A DNA stretch of 63,403 nt, the filler included, from Reclinomonas americana ATCC 50394 (taxonomy: Eukaryota): the NCBI GenBank assembly GCA_048213135.1. It is 16 parts of 16 records of this genome, joined end to end, with 100 filler letters (N's around TTAATTAATTAA, not from the genome) between each part and the next. Parts side by side here need not be neighbours in the genome. Positions count along the whole stretch, not along the records: positions 23,884 to 27,016 come from AFZH01023075.1; positions 27,117 to 35,712 come from AFZH01023076.1; positions 35,813 to 36,890 come from AFZH01023077.1; 13 more parts are not named here. The stretch is one strand, 5' to 3'. Of the stretch, positions 24,755 to 36,100 are shown piece by piece; position 1 is the first letter of the stretch; each line of letters opens with the position of its first letter. Under the pieces are notes generated by a model. The model ran no database searches. It had not been told where the DNA came from and saw nothing but the letters and a program-made list of their open reading frames with translations. Made by a program: the position numbers and the translations under genes.

Positions 24755-27700
24755 TCAACAGTACAACAGATAAATGGTATCCGCAGCGACAACCACCTTG
24801 GTGCCGTCGCCGCTGGAGGATACTGACGCCCAGTTGCGATTGGCATCACGAGCCGTCCACGTCACGCCAGAGTCGGAGGAGGAGTAGATTTGGCCACCGT
24901 TTGTGACGACAGCCACCAGCTTGGTGCCGTCACTGCTGGAGGCCACGGATCGCCAGGCGCGATTGGCGTCAGTCAGTCGAGCAGTCCACGTCACGCCAGA
25001 GTCGGTGGAGGTGTAGATCGTATTGTTGCTTGCCACAGCTACTAGCTTCGTGCCGTCGCTGCTGGAGGCGACTGAGAACCAGCTGCGATTGGCATCAGTC
25101 TGTCTGGGCGTCCATGTCACGCCAGAGTCGGTAGAGGTGTAAATCTGACCACCACTCACCACAGCCGCCAGCTTGGCGCCGTCACTGCTGGAGGCCACAC
25201 TACGCCAGTTGCGACTGGAATCTTGCGTTGACCAATTGGCACCAGAGTCGGTGGAGGTGTAAAGCAGAGAGTTTTGCGCCGCAGCCACCATCTTGGTGCC
25301 GTCGCTGCTGGAGGCGAGAGAGCTCCAACTGCGAGTGCCATTCGTGACTCCAGCAGTCCACGTCACACCAGAGTCGCGTGAAACAAACAACTGAGATGAA
25401 GTGGCCCCAGCCACCAGCACGCTACCGTCGCTATTGGAGGCCACCGATGTCCAGGAGCGCTGAGACTCGCGCGCCGCCCACGTCACGCCAGAGTCATTCG
25501 AGACATAAATGTGAGTAGTATTACCCACAGCCGCCACCACGTTACCGTCCCCGCTTACGGTCACTGCACTCCATACAACAGAACCTTGTGCACGCAATCC
25601 GGCGGAAGCGAGCGCTGTCCACGTTGCACCAGAGTCAGTGGAGGTGTAAATCTGACCCGGGACCACACCGGCCACAAGCCTGGTGCCGTCACTGCTGGAG
25701 GCCACTGAACCCCACTGGCGACTCGAGTCACGAGCCGTCCACGTCACGCCAAAGTCGGTGGAAACGTAGATCTGACCGGGTGACGCCACAGCCACCAGCT
25801 TCGTGCCGTCACTATTAGAGGCCACTGATGTCCAGTTGCGAGTGGCATCTCGAGGCGTCCACGTCACGCCAGAGTCAGTAGAGGTGAAAAGCCGACCAGA
25901 TGCCTCAGCGGCCAATAGGTTGGTGCCGTCGCTGCTGGAGGCAAGAGATATCCAGTTGCGTACGAGGTCACGAGCTGTCCACGTCGCACCAGAGTTAGTG
26001 GTGGTGTAAAGTTGACCAGATGTCTCCGCTGCCACAAGCTTCGTGCCATCACTGCTGGATGCAACCGAAATCCAGGCGCGAATGGAATCGTGAGGGGTCC
26101 ACGTCACGCCAGAGTCAGTGGAGGTGTAAATCTGGCTGTTGTTCGCCACAGCGACCAGCTTGGTGCCATCGCTGCTAAAGGCCACAGATCGCCACTGCCG
26201 ATTCGCATCCGTAAGTCGAGCCGTCCACGTCACGCCCGAGTCTGTGGAAGTGAAAATCTGGCTGCTATTTGCCACAGCCGCCAACTTGGTGCCGTCACTA
26301 TTAGAGGCCACTCCAGTCCACTGGCGATTGGCATCCGAAAGTCGCGCTGTCCATGTCGCACCAGAGTCAGCGGACGTGAAAAGTAGGCCGATGTTAACAG
26401 CAGCCAGCAGCTTGGTGCCGTCACTGCTGGAAGTCAGTGCTGTCCACCGACTAACAAATGCAAGAGTTGCAGCAGCAGCGCAAGTCGAGCACGCAGAATC
26501 TGTTTTTTGAGAAAACGCGATCATGTCAGCATTCCAACAAAGTCTTGTAAATTCACCATAAACAGCATCATCACTCACCACTCCATGATATGCCACAGCT
26601 GCAAGTGCCGTCACTCTTGCATGTTCCGTGACCAGAGCACGTTGTCGCCGCCACACAGTTCGAAACAGCAGTGCCGCACGCCGCCCCGTCAAAACCAGCG
26701 CTGCACTGGCACGTACCGTCACTCTTGCACGTTCCATGTCCAGAGCACGTGGTGGACGGACTGCAGTTGCAACTGGCATTGGTGTAGTCGCCAGTGCACT
26801 GGCACGTACCGTCCGTCTTGCATGCTCCGTGGCCAGAGCACGTCGTGGCCGCCACACAGTTCACGTTGCACGATGCGCCGTAGTAGTCAGAGTTGCACTG
26901 GCACGTACCGTCACTCTTGCACGTTCCATGTCCAGAGCACGTCGCAGTGGGACTGCAGTTGCAACTGGCATTGGTGTAGTCGCCAGTGCACTGGCACGTG
27001 CCGTCCGTCTTGCACGNNNNNNNNNNNNNNNNNNNNNNNNNNNNNNNNNNNNNNNNNNNNTTAATTAATTAANNNNNNNNNNNNNNNNNNNNNNNNNNNN
27101 NNNNNNNNNNNNNNNNAGTGCACTGGCACGAGCCGTCAGGGTTGCACGTTCCGTGGCCAGAGCACGTGGTGGCAGGATTGCAGTTGGTGTAGTTGCCGGA
27201 GCACGTCGACCTGCATTCCACAAAACGGCCGCCTGGAGTGCTGAAGCGCGCAAACGACATGAAGCCGGAGCAACGACCGGGATCGGCGATGCACTCGCAG
27301 TGCGCGCCGCTGCTGGGTGCATTGCACTTGCAGAAGCCGGAGACGCACAGACCGCCATTGATGGCTTGGCCGTTGGCCAGCTTGGCGCCGGCGTCAACCG
27401 AGAGGCAGTCGGCGTTCACCGTGCATGAAGAACGCGGAAGCGAGCAGTACAGGCCGTCGAAACCCGGCTTGCACACGCACTTGCCGCTGGCGGTGTCGCA
27501 CGTGCCGTTACCGCTACAGGTGACAGCCACGTCGCAGTAAACGGAGCACGAGGTGCCGTAGTACTTGGCGTTGCAGATGCATGTTGCGTCGCTGGAGCAA
27601 GTGCCATGGCCGCTGCAGGTGGTGGAGGCCTGGCGGGTGGGGAAAGGGGAAGGAATAGGGGGAGTGAGAAGGGAGAGGGAGAAGGGTGAGGGAATGGAGG

Positions 27701-28007
27701 AGAGGGTGAGGGTAAGGTAGAGGGAGAAGGTGAGAATGAGAGGCAATGGAGGAGAGGGGGAGGAAAGAGGGAGAGAGAAGAGGGAAATGGGGAGGGAAAG
27801 TGTGAAGGGAAGGGAGAGGGGAGAGGGACACAGGTGAACCAGGAGAGCATGAGAAGAATGCAAAACAACACGGAAAGTGAGATCGGTGAGGGAAGGCGAC
27901 GGGCATAGACGGCGAGCATTGAGACGAGACCTTATGTACAGCGCGAAAAGAAGAAAGAGAAAACAGACTTTGTTGTGAAAATGGCAAGTGAGCATCCCAC
28001 TCTCACA

Positions 28008-28078
<71 letters not shown>

Positions 28079-29487
28079 CCTCCCTCTCTCTTTCTCTCTT
28101 TCTCTCTCCACCACACGCACCTGGCAAAACTTGTCGCAATTCGTGCCATAATAGTTGAGGGCGCACTGATCACACGCCGAGCCCGTCCAGTTCTTGGTGG
28201 AGCACACACACGATCCGGTGCTGTCGCACGTTCCGCGACCGTTGCACGTGGTGGCTGCGTCGCAGAACTTGCTGCACGTGGCACCGTAGTAGTTCGCCTT
28301 GCACTGGTTGCACGAGGCGCCGGTGAAGTTGCCGGTGCACACACACTGGCCATTTGTGTCGCACGTGCCGTTGCCGGAGCAGGTCTTGACGGCGATGCAG
28401 AGCTTGGAGCAGTTGGCGGTGAAGTAGTTGGTGAGGCACACGCACTGCCCGCTCGAGTTGCAGCTGCCATTGTAGCTGCACGTGGTGCCGGGGTTGCAGA
28501 GGGTGTTGCATGTGGCGCCGTAGTAGTCTGGCTTGCACTGGTTGCACGAGGTGCCGGTGAAGTTGCTTGTGCACACACACACGCCGCTCGAGTTGCAGGT
28601 GCCGTGGCCGTTGCATGTCGTCGCCGCAGTGCACAAGACGTTGCATGTGGCACCGTAGTAGTTGGTGTTGCACTGGCAGGTACCAGCAGTGCTGCAGGTG
28701 CCATTGTTGTTGCAGGTGGCGGCCGAGCACTTTGTGTCACACTTGGCACCGGAGGAGCCCGCGTTGCAGACGCATGTGCCACTGCCGGTGCACGAGGTGG
28801 CGTTGTTTGAGCATGTCACATACGGATGACACGAGCAGAAGGGACCAGCCCAGCTGCATGAGCGGAAGAGTGGAGTGAGTGGGGGGAAATGCACACAGAG
28901 AATGGGGCAGCACAAGCGAACTCACGTGGCGCAAACGCTGGTACCGCTGCTGGTGGTGTAGCAGTTGTTGTGGCAGGTGCACTTTCCGCTGGAGCAGAAA
29001 CCCTGTGAGGAAGGAGGGGAGGGATGAGAGAGAGAGAGGAGGAGGAGAAGGAGGAGGTGGAGGAGGAGAGAAAGGAGGAGGAGAGAGGAGGTGGAGGAGG
29101 AGGAGGAGGGAGGAAGATTTCAATGCCCTCAACAGTAACAGTGCTCAGCACGGCGAAGGGGTTGTGAGTGTGTGAGAGAGGAGGACACGCAACGGAGAAT
29201 CTTTCTTTCGATATCTTGCATGCAAAACAGAAAACGCAACATTCACTCCGCACTCGTTGCCGGTGGCGGTGCACGTTCCGCCTGTGCGCAAATGGTTAAT
29301 GTGTAAGTGAGTGTGTGCGAGAGAGAGCAAGAAGAGAAAGAAAAGAGCAGAGAGAGAGAGAGAGAGAGTGAGAGAGTCGCGCAAATTTATATGTACATGT
29401 GTCGGTTCATTGTTTACCTTGCGCGTACGCCATGCTGGTCACTGCGACGAGGCACGCCACAAAGAGTGCAATCTTCATTGCACACAT
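24755..29487 (-). CDS. Array copy D: secreted EGF stalk + 14-repeat propeller protein
   Basis: Signal peptide exon MCAMKIALFVACLVAVTSMAYAQ (ATG 29487) and the same exon layout as A. The stalk exon is interrupted by the gap at 27017. Propeller exon 24755-~26499 ending YLLYC*. Closest paralog of C. Confidence 0.85.
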
Positions 29488-30171
29488 CGTCTGCGTGCAA
29501 GAAGGTGTTCATGTGAGTGAGCGAGTGAGAGAAAGGGTGAGTGTGGGCCACGTCGCTGCGCATGGCCATTGGCGGACGAGGGGAACGACAACCCAACGCA
29601 GACAAAACACAGGGGAAGCAGCAAGCGCACTATGAAAGGGAAGAAGAGGAGGAGACAGAGAGACAGAGAGAGAGAGAGAGAGCGAGATGTGAAGAAAGGA
29701 GAGTGACACAACACCCAGCGAGCAGTGGCATGCATATGCGTACGCGTGTGAGCAAGAGGCCACGCGCGCACCCAAGATGTTGGCAGGTGAGAGTGATGCT
29801 GGTGCAGCGAACGAAAGTGTGGTGACAGCACACAGTGTATCCAAACCATGTGGTTTTTGCTCACCAAAAATGCGTAGGATATGTTGAATCTTGCAACAAG
29901 CAGACTGCGCACGATACCTTTCGGACGGTATGTCCGCGCGGCTAAACACAAAGGTGCACACTCCTCCTCTCCTCCTCTCATCCTCGTCGTCTTGTACTCT
30001 GTTATCAACGACGACGTCAACAACTTCCGAGTGCATGGTCGTTATCTGCAGCAGCGGTATTCTCGAAAAAAATGAAAAACCGAGACGACGAAGAGACTTC
30101 TTGTATTTGAAATGCCAAAGTAAGATGGGAAAGGCAGTCACCCAAAAGGATTCAATTGCACAAAACCACCA

Positions 30172-33100
30172 TCAACAGACTAGCAGATAAATGGTATCGG
30201 AAGCGACAATCGCCTTGGTGCCGTCGCCGTTGGAGGCCACAGATCCCCAGCCGCGAGCGGCATCTCGAGGCGCCCACGTCACGCCAAAGTCGGTGGACTT
30301 GTAAATCCTACCTCCGACGCCCTCAGTTGCCACCAAACTGGCACCGTCACTGCTGGAGTCCACCCCACTCCAGTAGCGCACAGTATCACGAGCCATCCAC
30401 GTCGCGCCAATATCTGTGGAGGTGTAGATTTGCCCACCGTTCACCGCGGCCACCAGCAACGTACCATCACCATTGGAGGCCACTGTGGTCCAATTCCGAC
30501 TGGTATTTCGTGGGATCCACGAGTCGCCAGTGTCATTGGAAGTGTAGATCTGACCACCGTTTACAACGGCCACCAGAATCGAGCCGTCGCTGCTGGAAGC
30601 CACTGAACCCCAAGAGCGACTGAACTCTCGCGGGTTCCACGTCACGCCTGCATCAGTCGACAGGAAGATCTGACCACCGTTGACCACAGCGGCTAGCACG
30701 CTGCCGTCACTGCTTGATGTTACTCCAGCCCAGCTGCGACTTGACTCACGAGCCGTCCACGAAACGCCATAGTCAGTGGATACAAAAATCTTGTCACTGT
30801 CAGCAACAGCCACCAGTAAGCTACCGTCGCTGCTGGAGGCCATTCCAGTCCAAGTGCGAAGCGACTCGCGCCCCGACCACGTCTCGCCACCGTCAGTGGA
30901 GATGTAAATCGGTGTGAGAATACCGGCAGCCATCGCAACGTTACCGTCGCTGCTCAAGGCCACATTAGTCCACAGACCGTCACCAGTGCTGGTGCCGTAT
31001 GCATGCAAGCCAGACATCAATTCCGTCCAAGTCTCGCCAGAGTCAGTGGAAGTGAAAATCTCACCAGGGCTCGCCACTGCCACCAGATGGGTACCGTCAC
31101 TGCTAGAGGCGACTGACACATAGATGCGATTGAGTCCGCGTTCCGTCCACGTGACACCCGAATCAGTGGACGTGTATATCTGGCCGAAATTGAAAATCCC
31201 AGTAACAGCCACCAGCTTGGTACCGTCACTGCTGGAGGCCACTGAATTCCAGAAGCGCCGAGCATCAGTAGCTCGAGCCGTCCACGTCACGCCAGAATCT
31301 GTCGAGGTGAAAATCTGGCCAGTTGCACCCAAGTTTCCGTTGTCCACAGCCACCAGCTTGGTACCGTCACTACTGGATGCCACACCAGCCCAGTTGCGAC
31401 TGGAATCACGAGCCGTCCACGTCAGGCCAGAATCGGTGGAGGTGAAAATGCGGTTGTTTTGCACTACAGCCACCAGCTTGGTACCGTCGTCGCTCGAGGC
31501 CACAGAAACCCAGTTGCGACTGGAATCACGAGCAGTCCACGTCACCCCAGAATCAGTGGAGGTGTAAAGTAGACCAACAACCACAGCAGCCACCAGCTTC
31601 GTTCCGTCACCGCTCGAGGCCACTGTCGCCCACTGAGCACCGAAAGCCCGAGCAGTCCAAGTCACTCCAGAGTCAGAGGACGTAAAAATCTGGGTATCCT
31701 GGCCAGCAGCCACCAGCTTGGTGCCGTCACTGCTGGAAGCCACTGCAGTCCAAAGGCGTTCGGCATCCGTTAGGCGAGCCGTCCACATCTTGCCCGAGTC
31801 CGTGGAGGTGAAAATCTGACCACCAAACGAAACAGCCACAAGTTTGGTTCCGTCACTGCTGGAGGCCACTGACTTCCACCGGCCGGCAAACGCAAGTGTC
31901 GGATACGCAGTGCATGAGGAACAAGCAGGATCTGGCGTGCAACACAGCGGACAGGTCAGCGCACTGGTGACTTCACACGCTCAAGAAGATCATCCCGACT
32001 TACCACCACTCCATGAGAATTCGCAGCTGCAAGCTCCATCGCTGCCACAGGTGCCGTGGCCGGAGCACGTCGTTGCAGCCGCGCAGTTTGGATTACACGG
32101 GAACACGTAAACCTGTTTGGCCACTGCCGCCAGCTTGCTGCCGTCACTGCTGAGCGCCACAGCCGACCAGAAACGCGCGGAATCACGGGACGTCCACGTC
32201 ACTCCCGAGTCATTCGAAGTGTAGATCAGGCCGTTGTTCTCCGCAGCCGCCAGCCGGCTACCGTCGCCGCTGGAGGCCACCGAGATCCACGCACGCGCGG
32301 AATCACGAGCCGTCCATGTCGCGCCCGAGTCAGTCGACGTGTAGATCTGGTCACCCTGCGCAGCAGCCACCAGCTTGGTGCCGTCGCTGCTGGAGGCCAC
32401 TGACCGCCAGCTGCGAACGGAATCACGAGCTGTCCAGTTCTCGCCCGAGTCAGTCGAGGAGTAGATCTGATCGTTGTTCGCAACAGCCACCAGTTTGGTG
32501 CCGTCACTGCTGGAGGCCACCGAAACCCAGGTGCGAGCGGAATCACGAGCCGTCCACGTCACGCCAGAGTCGGTGGAGGTGTAAATCTGACCGGTACTGA
32601 AAGCTCCACCTTCAGCAGCCACAAGTTTGGTGCCGTCGCTGCTGGAGGCCACCGAGATCCAGGTGCGAGCGGAATCACGTGGAGTCCACGTCACGCCAGA
32701 GTCAGTGGAGGTGTAAATCTGCCCACCGTTACTCGCAACAGCCACCAGCTTGGTGCCGTCACTGTTCAACGCTACAGACTTCCACCGGCGATCGGAATCG
32801 CGGCCCGCCCACGTCGCGCCTCCGTCAGCCGACGTGTAGATCCGAGTATCCGACCCCACCGCCGCCATCTTGGTGCCGTCACCACTGTAGGCAATTGCAA
32901 TCCACGACGTGAAGCCGAGAAGTCCTTGGGAGCTCACTTCAGTCCACGCGACGCCAGAATCAGCGGAGGTGTACATCTGACCACCAGCGCCAACGCCAGC
33001 CACCAGCTTGGTACCGTCACTGCTGGAGGTCACCGATGCCCACAGGCGACTGGATTCACGAGCCGTCCACGTCTCACCAGAGTCAGTGGAGGTGTAGATC

Positions 33101-36100
33101 TGGCCGCCGCTCACCGTCGCCACCAGCTTCGTGCCGTCACTGCTGGAGGTCACTGCACTCCACGTGCGATTGGATTCACGAGCCGTCCACGTCTCGCCCG
33201 AGTCAGTGGAGGTGTAGATCTGATCATTTCGCGCAACAGCCACCAACTTGCTGCCGTCACTGCTGGAGGCCACAGACCTCCAGTTGCGAGTGGATTCACG
33301 AGGAGTCCAGTTCTCGCCCGAGTCAGTGGAGGTGAATATCTGATCACCGCTGGCCACCGCCACGAGATAGGTGCCGTCACTACTGGATGCCACTGAAGCC
33401 CAGCTGCGATTGAAACCACGAGGCATCCACGTCACACCCGAGTCAGTGGAGGTGTAAATCAGTCCACTTTGATCCGCCGCCACGAGCTTGCTGCCGTCGT
33501 CGTTGGAGGCCACCGAGAACCATTCACGGCCCTGATCACGAGCCGTCCACGTCACACCCGAGTCGGCCGAGGTGTAGATACGATCACCGAAATTCGCAAC
33601 GGCCACCAGTTTGGTGCCGTCGCCGCTGGAGGCCACCGACGTCCAGTGACGATTCGATTCACGAGCCGTCCACGTTGCACCTGAGTCGGTGGAGGTGAAG
33701 ATCTGGGCATTCTGCGCCACAGCCACCACCTTGGTGCCGTTACTGCTGGAGGCCACCGAAACCCAGCTGCCGACATATCCGAGAGCGGCACCACCCGGAG
33801 CAGAGCAGACGGAGCATGTGGGCCCTGTGACAACGATTCAGTACGATATTTGAAGATTAATATCTTAACATCAACTGTACCACGCACCACTCCAAGGGCT
33901 TGCGCAGTTGCACGTTCCATCGGAGCCACACGCACCGCGTCCATTGCACGTCGTAGAGGCCTCACAGTAAACGCTGCAAGATGAACCGTAATAATGTTCT
34001 ACGTTGCACTGACACGTGCCGTTACTGTTGCACGTTCCGTGACCCGAGCACGTGGCAGTGGGACTGCAGTTGCAGCTGGCATTGGTGTAGTCGCCCGTGC
34101 ACAGACACGAACCGTCAGTTTTGCATGTTCCATGACCGGAGCACTTGACCGATGGGCTGCAGTTGCAGCTGGGATTGGTATAGTCGCCCGTGCACGTGCA
34201 TGTGCCATTGACGTTACATGTACCGTGGCCAGAGCACGTGACAGTGGGACTGCAGTTGCAGTTCGAATTGGTGTACCCACTCGCGCACAGACACGTCCCA
34301 TTACTCTTGCATGTTCCGTGACCAGAGCATGTGACAGTGGGACTGCAGTTGCAGTTGGCATTGGTGTAGTCACCCGTGCACAGACACGTGCCATCAGTCT
34401 TGCACGTCCCGTGACCCGAGCACGTTGCGGTGGGATTGCAATTGCAGCTGGCATTGGTGTAGCCGACGGCGCACTGGCATGTGCCATCACTCTTGCACGT
34501 TCCATGACCAGAGCACGTCGTGGTCGGATTGCAATTGCAGCTGGCATTGGTGTAGCCGACGGCGCACTGGCATGTGCCATCACTCTTGCACGTTCCATGG
34601 CCGGAGCATGTCGCGGTCGAACTGCAGTTACAGCTCGCGTTAGTGTAGTCGCCCGCGCACGTGCAGGATCCATTGGCGTTGCACGATCCGTGACCAGAGC
34701 ACGTGGTGCTGGGACTGCAGTTGCAGCTGGCATTGGTGTAGTCGCCCGTGCACGTGCAGGATCCATTAGTGTTGCACGATCCGTGACCAGAGCACGTCGC
34801 AGTGGGACTGCAGTTGCAGTTGGCATTGGTGTAGTCGCCCGTGCACACGCAAGTTCCATTGGCGTTGCACGTTCCGTGACCAGAGCACGTCGCAGTGGGA
34901 CTGCAGTTGCAGCTGGCGTTGGTGTAGTCGCCAGTGCACTGACACGTGCCGTCACTCTTGCAGGTTCCGTGACCAGAGCACGTAGCAGTGGGACTGCAGT
35001 TGCAGCTGGCATTGGTGTAGTCGCCCGTGCACTGGCATGTGCCGTCAGTGTTGCACGTTCCGTGACCAGAGCACGTGACGCTGGGACTGCAGTTGCAGCT
35101 GGCATTGGTGTAGTCGCCCGTGCACTGGCATGTGCCGTCAGTGTTGCACGTTCCGTGACCAGAGCACGTGACGCTGGGACTGCAGTTGCAGCTGGCATTG
35201 GTGTAGTCGCCCGTGCACGTGCAGGATCCATTAGTCTTGCACGTTCCGTGACCAGAGCACGTTGCGGTGGGACTGCAGTTGCAGTTGGCATTGGTGTAGT
35301 CGCCCGTGCACTGACATGTACCGTCAGTCTTGCACGTTCCATGTCCAGAGCAGGTGGAAGTGGGACTGCAGTTGCAGGTGGCGTTGGTGTAGTCGCCCGT
35401 GCACTGGCAAGTTCCATTGGCGTTGCACGTTCCGTGACCAGAGCACGTGACGCTGGGACTGCAGTTGCAGGTGGCGTTGGTGTAGTCGCCCGTGCACTGG
35501 CAAGTACCATTGGCGTTGCACGTTCCGTGACCAGAGCATGTTGTAGTGGGACTGCAGTTGCAGCTGGCGTTGGTGTAGTCGCCCGTGCAGAGACAGGTAC
35601 CGTCACTCTTGCACGTTCCATGGCTGGAGCACGTCGCGGTGGGACTGCAGTTGCAGCTGGCATTGGTGTAGTCGCCGGTGCATTGGCAGGTGCCGTCCGT
35701 CTTGCACGTTCCNNNNNNNNNNNNNNNNNNNNNNNNNNNNNNNNNNNNNNNNNNNNTTAATTAATTAANNNNNNNNNNNNNNNNNNNNNNNNNNNNNNNN
35801 NNNNNNNNNNNNCGTGCACTGGCACGTGCCGTCCGTCTTGCAGGCTCCGTGGCCAGAGCACGTCGTGGCCGCCACACAGTTCACGTTGCACGATGCGCTG
35901 TAGTAGTCCGAGTTGCACTGGCATGTGCCGTCACTCTTGCACGTTCCATGTCCAGAGCACGTGGTAGAGGGACTGCAGTTGCAACTGGCATTGGTGTAGT
36001 CGCCCGTGCACTGGCACGTGCCGTCGCTCTTGCACGTTCCGTGACCGGAGCATGTCGTGGCCGCCACGCAGTTCACGTTGCACGATGCGCCGTAGTAGTC

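Noticed and set aside
7131..33824. CRISPR-like or DGR-like interpretation of the conserved repeat/variable spacer pattern
   Set aside because: The repeats are in-frame protein repeats of ~120 bp. No cas or reverse transcriptase gene was seen, and no template/variable pair with adenine-specific changes was noticed.
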